The notes below the pieces were generated by a model. It was not told the DNA's origin, searched no databases, and saw only the letters and a program-made list of their open reading frames with translations. A DNA stretch of 32,000 nt from Raphidiopsis brookii D9 (lineage in GTDB: Bacteria; Cyanobacteriota; Cyanobacteriia; Cyanobacteriales; Nostocaceae), in the NCBI GenBank assembly GCA_000175855.1, contig ACYB01000042.1:240001-272000 (forward strand), read 5' to 3'. The translations under genes and the position numbers were made by a program. Shown here one piece after another: positions 20,703 to 30,575 of this stretch (its first letter is position 1; every line of letters begins with the position of its first letter).

Positions 20703-23700
20703 ATGATTCCAGTTCGACTGATTCTAAAAAACTTTTTGAGTTACCGTGATGCAACTTTAGATTTTACGGGATTGCACACGGCCTGCATTTGTGGTCCTAA
20801 TGGAGCAGGTAAATCTTCTTTGTTGGAGTCTATAACTTGGGCAATCTGGGGTCAAAGTCGTGCCAATATTGAGGATGATGTTATCTATGCTGGAGCGCAA
20901 GAGGTTAGGGTTGATTTTACCTTCTACAACAATTTACAAAAATATCGGGTAATCCGTACTCGTGCCCGAGGTGCTACGGGTATGTTAGAATTTCAACTGG
21001 AAACTCCTGCTGGTTTTCGTCCTCTTACGGGTAAGGGGATCCGTGCTACCCAGGACCTGATTCTCCAACATATTAAGTTGGATTATGAAACTTTTATTAA
21101 TTCGGCTTACCTCCGTCAAGGACGCGCTGATGAATTTATGCTAAAAGGGCCTGCTCAACGTAAGGAGATTTTGGCGGAGTTGTTAAAGCTTAATCAGTAC
21201 GATTTGTTGGAGGAAAGAGCTAAGGATAATTCCAAGCAGTGTAAGGGAAGGGTGGAAGAGTTGGAACGTTCTATCCACAACATTCAATTACAATTGACTG
21301 AGAGGGAAACAATTCAAACCCAAAGAGCAACTTTGGAAACTAGATTACATCATCTGCAACAACAACAGACTTCTGATTATCAACACTTGCAAGATCTACA
21401 GCTGGTTGAACGTCAACGTCACGATTGGGAAACTAAGTTGGGGGTAGTTCAACAACAGTGCCAAAATCTCGTTCTAGAATGCGATCGCCTTTATCAAGAT
21501 GGTTCAATTGTCAAGTCTCAATTGGAGGAGTTAGATTCTATTTTAGGTCAGTCTGAAGAAATTACAGCTGGTTATATTGGTTTTCAAGCTCTACAATCTC
21601 AGGAAGAGTCTTTTACTAGGAAATTTGAGCAACATAATCGTGCTATTAGTTCTAAACAAGCACGAGAACAGGAACTTATGACACGAGTCCAAGCCATTCA
21701 ACTACAAATACAACAAGAGTCAGTAGAATTAAGGTCCTCGGAAAAACAAGAGCAGGAATTACAAGGGTGCTTACATAAGTCTAAAGAAGTAGAAGCTGCC
21801 TTGATCAGTCTGTTTGCTGCTCGTGAACATCTTAACCAGATGGATCAGTTACAAATTCAGGTGACTCCCCTCCTCCAACAACGAGCAAGTTTACAAAGTC
21901 AGATAGACCGGGTTTATGCCACTTTGTCAGCTAAATTGGAGGGGTTGGAAAATACTCGACAACAACTACAATCCAAAGATTCTGACTTCTCTCGGTTACA
22001 GGATTCTGCTACACAGCTGGATAAGCAAATTGAGGAGTTGGAAAAGAAACGCGTTTATCTGCAAAGGGTACATGAAAAGGGAAATGATCGTCGTCATGTA
22101 ATTGAACGTTTGCAAACTCATCAAACTGAATACGAGAAATCTTTGGGTAAGCTGGAACAAAAGATACAGCTACTTCAGGAGCCTAATGCTCTATGTCCCC
22201 TCTGTGAATGTCCTTTAGATAAGCATAATTGGAGTCGGGTTGTAGAAAAAACTCAGGGAGAATACAAGGATACTCAGGAACAATTTTGGCAAATACGGGA
22301 ATTATTGGCAGTGTCTGACCAAGAAATTAAAGCATTAAGGTCGGAATATCAGACAATCTCCCGACAGGTGGCAGAATATGAGTCTTTAAGGCAAAAGAAA
22401 GGAGAATTGGGTGCTAAGCTACAAGCTATGATCGATAATCGAGAAAGGTTGAAGCAACTTGCTTTAGAAAAGCAAAGTTTACAGGCTCAATTACAAGGGG
22501 ATTATGCTCCAGAACTACAACAGGAACTACAAGAGGTAGATCAGCATTTACAACAACTAAATTATCAGGAAGAAAATCACGCTTTAGCTAGAAGTGACAT
22601 AGAGCGTTGGCGATGGGCAGAAATTAAACAAGCTCAGATTAAAGATGCTCAAAAGAAAATAGCTCAAATAGCACAGATTAAGCCTAAACTAGTAGCCAAG
22701 ATTGAGGAGTTACAAGCACAAGTGCTATGGGAACAGACTAATTCACCAATAGCTGAGGAAATTAGGGGATTAGCAGTGGATCTTGCTGCTATTGATTATA
22801 GTCATGAAGCACACCAGGAAATTCATAGAAAAGTTCAAGGGAGTCAACATTGGCAATTGAAACATCAGCAGTTGTTATCTGCTCAACAACAATATCCTTA
22901 TCTGGAAAAAAGACTGGCAGATTTGAGTAGTGATTTGCAGCAAAGAGAGGCGCTAAAACAAAAATTTGCCATGGAAATAGGCGAAATACAGAAGCAATTA
23001 GCGTCTATGGTCAATCCAAGAGAGAAAATTGCTGATTTAGACCGAAAAATGGTAGCTCGTCGTCAAGAAATGGATGAAACTATTACTCATTTAGGCAGGT
23101 TGGAACAAAAAATAAATCAGTTAGAACTGCTCCAAAATCAGTATGAGCAAGAAAAGGAGCAATTAGCACTTTGTAAGAAAAAACAGCGCGTTTATCAGGA
23201 ATTGGCACAGGCCTTTGGTAAAAATGGTATCCAAGCACTAATGATTGAAAATGTGTTACCACAACTGGAAGCCCAGACCAATAAGTTACTTTCTCGGTTG
23301 AGTGGTAGTCAGTTACATGTACAGTTTATTACCCAGAAGTTGGGGAGTAAATCAACTAAGAAAAGCGCTAAGTTGGTGGACACTTTAGAAATTTTAATTG
23401 CTGACACAAGAGGTACAAGAGCTTATGAAACTTATTCAGGAGGGGAGGCGTTTAGAATTAACTTTGCCATTCGGTTAGCATTGGCTAAATTGCTGGCCCA
23501 GCGTGCTGGTGCTGCACTGCAGTTGTTAATTATAGATGAGGGATTTGGCACCCAAGATACGGAAGGATGCGATCGCCTGATTGCTTCAATCAACGCAATA
23601 GCGACTGATTTTGCCTGTATTTTGACTGTGACCCATATTCCCCATCTCAAGGAAGCGTTTCAGGCGCGAATAGAAGTAAATAAGAACCAACTGGGTTCCC

Positions 23701-23720
23701 ATTTATCGCTATTAATTTGA
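20703..23720 (+). CDS. sbcC: SbcC/Rad50-family exonuclease subunit (AAA SMC-like ATPase)
   Basis: MIPVRLILKNFLSYRDATLDFTG...GPNGAGKSSLLESI, long coiled coil, zinc hook CPLC, C-terminal YSGGEAFRINFAIRLAL and LLIIDEGFGTQD. ORF track start 20667; ATG 20703 preferred. Confidence 0.92.
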   Translation: MIPVRLILKNFLSYRDATLDFTGLHTACICGPNGAGKSSLLESITWAIWGQSRANIEDDVIYAGAQEVRVDFTFYNNLQKYRVIRTRARGATGMLEFQLETPAGFRPLTGKGIRATQDLILQHIKLDYETFINSAYLRQGRADEFMLKGPAQRKEILAELLKLNQYDLLEERAKDNSKQCKGRVEELERSIHNIQLQLTERETIQTQRATLETRLHHLQQQQTSDYQHLQDLQLVERQRHDWETKLGVVQQQCQNLVLECDRLYQDGSIVKSQLEELDSILGQSEEITAGYIGFQALQSQEESFTRKFEQHNRAISSKQAREQELMTRVQAIQLQIQQESVELRSSEKQEQELQGCLHKSKEVEAALISLFAAREHLNQMDQLQIQVTPLLQQRASLQSQIDRVYATLSAKLEGLENTRQQLQSKDSDFSRLQDSATQLDKQIEELEKKRVYLQRVHEKGNDRRHVIERLQTHQTEYEKSLGKLEQKIQLLQEPNALCPLCECPLDKHNWSRVVEKTQGEYKDTQEQFWQIRELLAVSDQEIKALRSEYQTISRQVAEYESLRQKKGELGAKLQAMIDNRERLKQLALEKQSLQAQLQGDYAPELQQELQEVDQHLQQLNYQEENHALARSDIERWRWAEIKQAQIKDAQKKIAQIAQIKPKLVAKIEELQAQVLWEQTNSPIAEEIRGLAVDLAAIDYSHEAHQEIHRKVQGSQHWQLKHQQLLSAQQQYPYLEKRLADLSSDLQQREALKQKFAMEIGEIQKQLASMVNPREKIADLDRKMVARRQEMDETITHLGRLEQKINQLELLQNQYEQEKEQLALCKKKQRVYQELAQAFGKNGIQALMIENVLPQLEAQTNKLLSRLSGSQLHVQFITQKLGSKSTKKSAKLVDTLEILIADTRGTRAYETYSGGEAFRINFAIRLALAKLLAQRAGAALQLLIIDEGFGTQDTEGCDRLIASINAIATDFACILTVTHIPHLKEAFQARIEVNKNQLGSHLSLLI

Positions 23721-24175
23721 TTTTTCCGTATTGCCACTTTTAACCCAACCTTCTTGATTAGTATCTGGAATCCTAATTTTTCCCACTTACCATCCTGACT
23801 GGTTTCTAAAATAATCACTTTTTGATTACCAGCAACTCCACCAATGGCTTGACCCTCAAAAGCGGGCTTATCTCGCATAGTCAAACCTTGTGACCAAGTA
23901 ACCACAGCAGTGTAGGATCCTGATGGTAAAGGAGTAGGTGATTCCCTTGGGAGGTCTGGTGTTGCGATAGGTTTTGGTTTCACCTTAACCACCTTTTTCC
24001 GGGTAACCCTGGGTAAATTAGGTTTTGGATCGGGATTATCATTAGGAAACATGGGTTTTTGAGGAGTGATGGCAGTGCGATTGATAAAGTATATGGCTAT
24101 TGTCATACCACTACCCAACAAAACGGCGATCGCTAACAAAAACCCAAGTACAAATTTAAGCAAACCAGAGAGCAT
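23660..24175 (-). CDS. SH3-type domain protein with N-terminal TM segment
   Basis: LLGSGMTIAIYFI TM segment, proline-rich linker, YTAVVTWSQGLTMRDKPAFEGQAIGGVAGNQKVIIL bacterial SH3-like pattern. Confidence 0.65.
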   Translation of the reverse strand: MLSGLLKFVLGFLLAIAVLLGSGMTIAIYFINRTAITPQKPMFPNDNPDPKPNLPRVTRKKVVKVKPKPIATPDLPRESPTPLPSGSYTAVVTWSQGLTMRDKPAFEGQAIGGVAGNQKVIILETSQDGKWEKLGFQILIKKVGLKVAIRKNQINSDKWEPSWFLFTSIRA

Positions 24176-24217
24176 AATTATTCCTTACTTTATCAAGAAG
24201 ATACATCCCATAACTTA

Positions 24218-25729
24218 CTATAATTGACGTTGTATACGTTCAGTTAAAGAACTATGCTTAGAAGCTAGACGGGCTCGACCAGAAGCTGCCCATTCTTGAA
24301 GTTGTTGAATTTGTTCCACAGCTGTTCTAGCTAGAGGAATGATTTGACTAGCAGCTTCTAAAATGTCATCAGTGGTGAAATCACGGTTTTGACTGAACGC
24401 AATGTGCATAGCTTCAATTAAAGTCTGCTCAATTTCTGCTCCAGAAAAATCAGGAGTTTCGTAGGCCAATCTATCAATTTCATAACCCTTGACATTATGG
24501 GGACGTAACCTAGATAGGTGAACATGGAAAATAGCCTTTCTTTCCTCCTGGGTGGGTAAACCCACAAAGAAAATTTCATCAAATCGCCCCTTACGCAACA
24601 TTTCCGGAGGTAGAGACTGAATATCATTAGCAGTAGAAACCACAAATACCGGAGAGGTCTTTTCTGCTAACCAAGTGATAAAAGTACCGAATACCCGACT
24701 AGTTGTTCCCCCATCACCCTTACTACCCAGACCAGAAAAAGCCTTATCAATTTCATCAATCCACAATATACAGGGAGCTAGAGCTTCAGCAACTTGAATC
24801 ATTTGTCTCGTGCGGGATTCTGACTCACCAACTAAACCCCCAAATAAACGACCCACATCTAAGCGTAACAGAGGTAAATGCCAATGGTGAGCGATCGCCT
24901 TAGCAGTTAGGGACTTACCAGTTCCCTGAATTCCCACCAACATTAAACCACGGGGGTGTGGCAATCCGTACTGTCGAGCCCGTTGTGTAAATGAGCCACC
25001 ACGGCGAATTAACCAGTCCTTGAGATTATCTAATCCACCAATATCAGAGATTTGCTCGGTAGCAGGGTAGAAGTCAAGAATTTGGGTTTGGCGAATAGTT
25101 TGGCGTTTTTCTTCCAGAACCAGGTCCACATCTTCTGGCAAAAGCTCTCCATGGGATGCTAAAGCCCGTGACAGAACTCGGCGAATTCTTTCCATTGATA
25201 GACCCTGACAGGAACGGACCAAATCATCCACAAACTTACCAGACAGAGAGTTACCTGTGGCCTGTAACAGTTTTTCCACTTCGGTTTTAATTTCCGGGAC
25301 AGTGGGTAAAGGGAATTCCACCACAGTCATAACTTCCGTTAAATCATCGGGAATAAGAACACGTGGGGATAATAAAACAATGTTTTTCGGTTGAGATTTC
25401 AGGACTCGGGATAAATTACGAAGTTTGCGAGCAATAGCCACATCGTCTAAAAAGCGATGATAATCTCTTAAAATTATAACCGCACAGACAGAGGATGGTA
25501 TTTTTTCAACAAATTCTAAAGCTTGCAGAGGATTGCGTTTACCAAAACCCTGATCATTAGGGTTTCCCTGATAACCATCAACAAAGTCCCAGGTATAGAC
25601 CGGGCGATTTCCTTGATTTGTTGCTTCTTCCCTAATAGTAGCTTCCACCCTTTCTTCTTCCTGGGTAGGAATGTAAATTAGGGGATAGCGGGCACGGAGT
25701 AATAGTTTAAATTCTTCGCGGAAGTTCAT
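24218..25729 (-). CDS. AAA ATPase, Ycf46-like
   Basis: 503 aa; LVGIQGTGKSLTAKAIAHHW Walker A, CILWIDEIDKAF Walker B, FVVSTANDIQSLPPEMLRKGRFDEIFFVGLP; N-terminus LLRARYPLIYIPTQEEERVE. Confidence 0.85.
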   Translation of the reverse strand: MNFREEFKLLLRARYPLIYIPTQEEERVEATIREEATNQGNRPVYTWDFVDGYQGNPNDQGFGKRNPLQALEFVEKIPSSVCAVIILRDYHRFLDDVAIARKLRNLSRVLKSQPKNIVLLSPRVLIPDDLTEVMTVVEFPLPTVPEIKTEVEKLLQATGNSLSGKFVDDLVRSCQGLSMERIRRVLSRALASHGELLPEDVDLVLEEKRQTIRQTQILDFYPATEQISDIGGLDNLKDWLIRRGGSFTQRARQYGLPHPRGLMLVGIQGTGKSLTAKAIAHHWHLPLLRLDVGRLFGGLVGESESRTRQMIQVAEALAPCILWIDEIDKAFSGLGSKGDGGTTSRVFGTFITWLAEKTSPVFVVSTANDIQSLPPEMLRKGRFDEIFFVGLPTQEERKAIFHVHLSRLRPHNVKGYEIDRLAYETPDFSGAEIEQTLIEAMHIAFSQNRDFTTDDILEAASQIIPLARTAVEQIQQLQEWAASGRARLASKHSSLTERIQRQL

Positions 25730-25799
25730 AGTGATATAATAGGGTTGTTATAATGAGATAGATAATTGCTATTTGTAAATTCGGCTGTAAACTTGTAGT

Positions 25800-26528
25800 A
25801 TGAGCAACACTAGTAATTTTCGTCAAGCTTTTCGTGAAGCACAAAACCACAGTCTTGTGGGTCCCAACGTTATTGCCAAAGCTTTGCCCTATGTTGGTGG
25901 TGGTCTTGTTCTCACTGCTGTGGGCACCTATGGTGGTCTAGGTGTTATTAATTCCTACCCAGAATTATTCTTTCCTAGTTTCTTGGGTGCGGTAGTAGTG
26001 GAACTGATTTTGTTCTTTGTGTCCCAAAATGTGGCCAAGAAGGGTCAAAATGCCATCGCTTTGCCACTCCTGGCCATTTATAGTCTGTTGTCAGGATACA
26101 CCCTCAGCGGCTTAGTATTCGTGGCTCTAGGTACCCAGGGAGTGGGTATTCAGGGGATTGGCATAGCAGCATTGGGATGTGGTATTACCTTCATTGTAGC
26201 CCGTCAAATCGGTAGTAATCTTTCAGAATCCGATGGCATGGCCCTGACTAAAACCATTTCTCTGGGAATACTAGCCTTGCTTGTTGTATGCCTAACTCAA
26301 TTTGTTTTTACCCTGTTTGGTGTTTATACACCCACCTGGTTAGAAATTGGGATTTCCGGCCTGGGAGTATTTCTCTTTGCTGGCGCATCAGTGGTGGATT
26401 TTTACATACTACCTCGCACCTACACCAATGAAGAATACTTGCCCGCAGCTTTGTCAATGTATCTAACATACATTAACCTTTTTGTGTTTATTTTGAGACT
26501 GTTAATTGCCCTCAATAGTCGGGACTAG
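25800..26528 (+). CDS. Bax inhibitor-1 / YccA family membrane protein
   Basis: Seven hydrophobic segments, C-terminal FILRLLIALNSRD, FTLFGVYTPTWLEIGISGLGVFLFAGASVVDFYI. Confidence 0.8.
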   Translation: MSNTSNFRQAFREAQNHSLVGPNVIAKALPYVGGGLVLTAVGTYGGLGVINSYPELFFPSFLGAVVVELILFFVSQNVAKKGQNAIALPLLAIYSLLSGYTLSGLVFVALGTQGVGIQGIGIAALGCGITFIVARQIGSNLSESDGMALTKTISLGILALLVVCLTQFVFTLFGVYTPTWLEIGISGLGVFLFAGASVVDFYILPRTYTNEEYLPAALSMYLTYINLFVFILRLLIALNSRD

Positions 26529-26617
26529 TCTAATCAATTTTAATCAATTCTAATCAATTAAAGTGGGAGCATTTAACTGCTCCCACATCACTCTTGTTCT
26601 TATGGATAGGATAAACT

Positions 26618-27737
26618 ATGGAAGTTCTAGAACTAAAACGGGAAATAGAAGTATTGTGTAATCGCCTGGGTAAAACCCAGGACTATCTTTGACGTACCCG
26701 CAGTCAAAGCCAAAATTCAAGACCTGGAACAGATATCAGCCCAACCAGAATTTTGGGATGACCAAAACCAGGCACAACAAACACTTCAGGAGCTAAACGA
26801 CCTCAAATCTCACTTAGATCAGTATTACCACTGGCAGGCTGACTTAGAAGATACTAAAGCAGTAGTGGAACTATTGGAACTAGAAGCAGATGAAGGACTC
26901 TTACAGGAAGCTGAAACTACCATTAACCAAATGCACCGTGATCTGGATCAGTGGGAGTTACAACAACTACTTTCCGGACCCTACGATAGCCAGGGCGCAG
27001 TCCTAACAATCAATGCAGGTGCAGGAGGTACTGATGCCCAAGACTGGGCATTCATGTTAATGCGGATGTACACCCGTTGGGCAGAAGCCCATGGCTATAA
27101 AGTGACACTAGCTGAAGAATCTGAAGGTGACGAAGCGGGGATAAAATCAGCTACCCTGGAAATTACAGGTCGTTATGCATACGGTTATCTACGCGCAGAA
27201 ATGGGAACCCATCGGTTAGTGAGAATTTCTCCTTTTAATGCCAATGGTAAACGCCAAACTAGTTTTGCTGGAGTAGAAGTTATGCCACAAATAGATAACT
27301 CCGTCACCCTAGAAATACCAGAGAAAGATTTAGAAGTCACTACCTCCCGAGCGGGGGGTAAGGGTGGACAAAACGTCAACAAGGTAGAAACAGCAGTGCG
27401 TATAGTTCATATTCCCACAGGAATAGCAGTGCGTTGTACAGAAGAGCGATCGCAATTACAAAATAAAGAAAAAGCTTTAGCTCGTCTCAAGGCTAAGCTT
27501 TTAGTTATTGCCAGGGAGCAACGTGCCCAAGAGATAGCTGAAATTCGTGGTGACATGGTAGAAGCATCCTGGGGCAATCAAATACGTAACTACGTTTTTC
27601 ATCCTTATCAAATAGTCAAAGACTTGCGTACAAACCTTGAAACAACGGCTATTATTGATGTAATGAATGGTGATCTGGATAATTTTATCCAAGCATATCT
27701 GAGGCAAGAAAATCAATTGGTAACTAGTGGTGAGTAG
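26618..27737 (+). CDS. prfB: Peptide chain release factor 2 (programmed +1 frameshift)
   Basis: Short zero-frame MEVLELKREIEVLCNRLGKTQDYL then TGA (26690-26692); +1 frame continues DVPAVKAKIQDLEQISAQPEFWDD... through GGQNVNKVETAVR into ORF 26865..27737. Confidence 0.95.
26681..26692 (+). promoter_or_regulatory. RF2 autoregulatory frameshift site
   Basis: gac TAT CTT TGA followed by C, the classical RF2 slippery site, with a purine-rich CAGGA just upstream. Confidence 0.9.
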
Positions 27738-28317
27738 AAAATTGCCTTTTTTAGTGGTGTTAGTGGTGGGACTAATAATTTTATTGGCCCAAAATCTTGC
27801 TCCCACCTTACCCCTAATGTTCTTGGGAATGCGGAGTCGTCCCCTACCTCTAGCTTTGTGGATTTTATTTAGCATTACTGCTGGTGGTTTAACATCTTTA
27901 CTTATTAGCACTTTTATTGGCACCCTGTGGAAAATCACTGGGTACTCCACCACTGAGACTGGTTCATCTGCTCCCCCAAGTGGATCAAAATCTAAATCTT
28001 TTGATAATTATAGTCAAGAGAATATACCCAGGGAAAAGAGCAGGGATGAATTTGATGATTGGCAAATGAGTTCCCAGGAAGGTGATGACTGGGATTCGAC
28101 TCAACCACCAAAATCACCAACCCAGCGGAATGCTTCTCCTTCCGACTCCGTTTATTCCTACAGTTCCCAGTCACCTAAAAATACTGGGGTGGGGAAAACT
28201 GAATCCATTTATGATGCGGACTATCGAGTCATTATTCCCCCCTATCAACCCCCAAGCACCAAGAAAAGTGATAATGATACTGATGATGATTGGGATTTTT
28301 TGACAGATGAGGAATAG
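27727..28317 (+). CDS. Membrane protein with two TM segments and acidic/Ser-rich tail (LapA/DUF1049-like N-terminus)
   Basis: VSRKLPFLVVLVVGLIILLAQN and PLALWILFSITAGGLTSLLISTFIG hydrophobic segments; GTG start overlaps the prfB stop. Confidence 0.55.
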   Translation: MVSRKLPFLVVLVVGLIILLAQNLAPTLPLMFLGMRSRPLPLALWILFSITAGGLTSLLISTFIGTLWKITGYSTTETGSSAPPSGSKSKSFDNYSQENIPREKSRDEFDDWQMSSQEGDDWDSTQPPKSPTQRNASPSDSVYSYSSQSPKNTGVGKTESIYDADYRVIIPPYQPPSTKKSDNDTDDDWDFLTDEE

Positions 28318-28320
28318 ATC

Positions 28321-28824
28321 ATGGATGCTTCAATCAAGCAATCATTAAAAGGAGTAAACCTATATTTAATTGGCATGATGGGAAGTGGTAAAACTACCAT
28401 TGGTAGTTTACTAGCACAAGCAGTCAATTATAGTTTTATAGATACTGATGAAGTTATAGTCAAAGCTGCGGGTAAACCCATCAGCGACATTTTCACCACC
28501 GAGGGAGAAACAGCATTTCGTCAACTGGAGAGTAATGTTTTAGCTCAAGTCTGTGCCTACACTAAATTAACCATTGCTACGGGTGGAGGCATTGTTCTGC
28601 GCCGAGAAAATTGGAGTTATCTCCATCATGGATTAATAATTTGGCTTGATGTATCAGTAGAAATACTACTAGAGAGATTAAAAGAAGATCAAACAAGACC
28701 TCTTTTACAACACCCAGACCCCCAGAGTAAATTGCGATCGCTTTTAGATGAGCGTTATAGTTTATACTCGCAAGCCGATTTACATATTGAGATTACCCAA
28801 CAGGAACACCAGGACAAACTGTGA
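28321..28824 (+). CDS. aroK: Shikimate kinase (C-terminus probably frameshifted)
   Basis: LIGMMGSGKTTIGSLLA, FIDTDEVI, ETAFRQLE, IATGGGIVLR, RPLL; alternative frame continues GTPGQTVTNILQAIPGVLKTPVEKSQN* to 28886. Confidence 0.92.
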   Translation: MDASIKQSLKGVNLYLIGMMGSGKTTIGSLLAQAVNYSFIDTDEVIVKAAGKPISDIFTTEGETAFRQLESNVLAQVCAYTKLTIATGGGIVLRRENWSYLHHGLIIWLDVSVEILLERLKEDQTRPLLQHPDPQSKLRSLLDERYSLYSQADLHIEITQQEHQDKL

Positions 28825-28949
28825 CCAATATTCTGCAGGCAATTCCCGGAGTTTTAAAAACACCGGTGGAGAAATCCCAAAATTAACCCAGCCATCTATT
28901 ATATTTAGTTTCATAGCAAATTCAGCATCAAACTTGGAATATTTACATA

Positions 28950-29840
28950 ATGGTTAACGATATTGAGTATATCAGGCAAGCAGAAGCTACCCGCGTTAAA
29001 ATTCTCAGCGAAGCTCTACCATATATCCAACAATTTTCAGGTCGTACCGTAGTAGTTAAATATGGGGGTGCGGCAATGAAAGACAGTAATCTTAAAGACA
29101 AAGTTATTCGTGACATTGTATTTTTATCTTGTGTTGGTCTAAGACCAATTTTGGTTCATGGTGGTGGACCTGAGATTAATAGCTGGTTAGATAAACTAGG
29201 GATCGAACCACAATTTAAAAATGGCCTGCGAGTAACGGATGCACCAACCATGGATGTAGTAGAAATGGTGCTGGTAGGTAGAGTCAATAAAGAAATAGTC
29301 TCTCTGATTAACCAATCTGGTGGTATGGGAGTGGGACTGTGTGGTAAAGATGGTAATTTGATTACTGCTCGTCCCCAGGGAGATGAAAGTATTGGTTTTG
29401 TTGGGGAAGTCAGCAGTATTAATATCAAGATTCTAGAAACCCTTTCTAAAAGTGGTTATATTCCAGTAGTTTCTAGCGTAGCAGCTGATGATAGCGGACA
29501 GGCTTATAACATTAACGCTGATACGGTAGCAGGAGAGATAGCAGCTGCTTTGGGGGCGGAAAAATTAATTTTATTAACGGATACTAGGGGGATTTTAACA
29601 AACTACAAAGATCCATCTACTTTGATTCCTAAAGTAGATATTAGAGAAGCAAGAGAATTGATTAATGATGGTATAGTGAGTGGGGGTATGATCCCCAAGG
29701 TTAACTGCTGTGTGCGCTCTCTTGCTCAGGGGGTAAAGGCCGCCCATATAATTGATGGTCGTATTCCCCATGCTCTCTTGTTAGAAATATTCACGGATGT
29801 AGGGATTGGAACTATGATTTTAGGATCTCAGTTTCAGTAA
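28950..29840 (+). CDS. argB: Acetylglutamate kinase
   Basis: [52 protein letters not shown]; 296 aa. Confidence 0.97.
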   Translation: MVNDIEYIRQAEATRVKILSEALPYIQQFSGRTVVVKYGGAAMKDSNLKDKVIRDIVFLSCVGLRPILVHGGGPEINSWLDKLGIEPQFKNGLRVTDAPTMDVVEMVLVGRVNKEIVSLINQSGGMGVGLCGKDGNLITARPQGDESIGFVGEVSSINIKILETLSKSGYIPVVSSVAADDSGQAYNINADTVAGEIAAALGAEKLILLTDTRGILTNYKDPSTLIPKVDIREARELINDGIVSGGMIPKVNCCVRSLAQGVKAAHIIDGRIPHALLLEIFTDVGIGTMILGSQFQ

Positions 29841-29928
29841 CTACCAATAGGGCTTGTATCCAAAAGTTTCTCGACGGAGCTAGAGGAGAAATTTAAGCCC
29901 TAGGAAACTATTAATGAACTAATCACCA

Positions 29929-30444
29929 ATGGGTACAGAAAACCTAGAAACTGCAAGAAATCTCTACTCCCAGGGCAAAATTGCCTTTGAGAACGGAGAA
30001 TATCAACAATCTGTAGATAATTTGGAAAAAGCTACCAGTCTACTGTTGCAAAATTCTCGCTTTGCTGGAGAAGTAAATATCTGGTTAGTTAACGCTTATG
30101 AAGCTACGGGAAGATCCCAAGAAGCGATCGCCCTTTGTCAACAGCTTTCCCATCATCCCCATTATGAAGTTAAATCCCAGGCTAAGCGCTTAGTCTACAT
30201 ATTAAAAGCTCCCAAACTCAAACGACCAAAAGAATGGATGACAGAGATACCTGATTTTGCTACAATTTCTGAGGGTCAAACCAAAACCCTAATTGCTCCG
30301 CAAAAATCGACTGCGCCCAAGAAGTCCCCGGATTCAGAATATGTGGATCTTAGTCAGGTAAACACACAGGATAATCTTTTTATTTGGGTGGCTTTAATTA
30401 TTGCTGCTTGTACTATTTCCTATTTAGTTTGGTTGAGTTTCTGA
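29929..30444 (+). CDS. TPR-like protein with C-terminal TM anchor
   Basis: ARNLYSQGKIAFENGEYQQSVDNLEKATSLL and NIWLVNAYEATGRSQEAIALCQQL helix pairs; C-terminal FIWVALIIAACTISYLVWLSF. Confidence 0.65.
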   Translation: MGTENLETARNLYSQGKIAFENGEYQQSVDNLEKATSLLLQNSRFAGEVNIWLVNAYEATGRSQEAIALCQQLSHHPHYEVKSQAKRLVYILKAPKLKRPKEWMTEIPDFATISEGQTKTLIAPQKSTAPKKSPDSEYVDLSQVNTQDNLFIWVALIIAACTISYLVWLSF

Positions 30445-30575
30445 ATAAGGTTTAGACGTAGTTTACCTTTCCTAAAAGAAAAAATATATGGCCACATACA
30501 AAACCACAAGGTTGGTTTTTAAAAACAGGATCCATAGTAGAAGCTTAATAAAAGCTGGCAAAAAACTCCAAAAGG

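Noticed and set aside
24218-25729. AAA ATPase as a novel defence component
   Set aside because: Sequence layout matches the ordinary Ycf46-like family conserved in cyanobacteria and some plastids, with no defence genes nearby.
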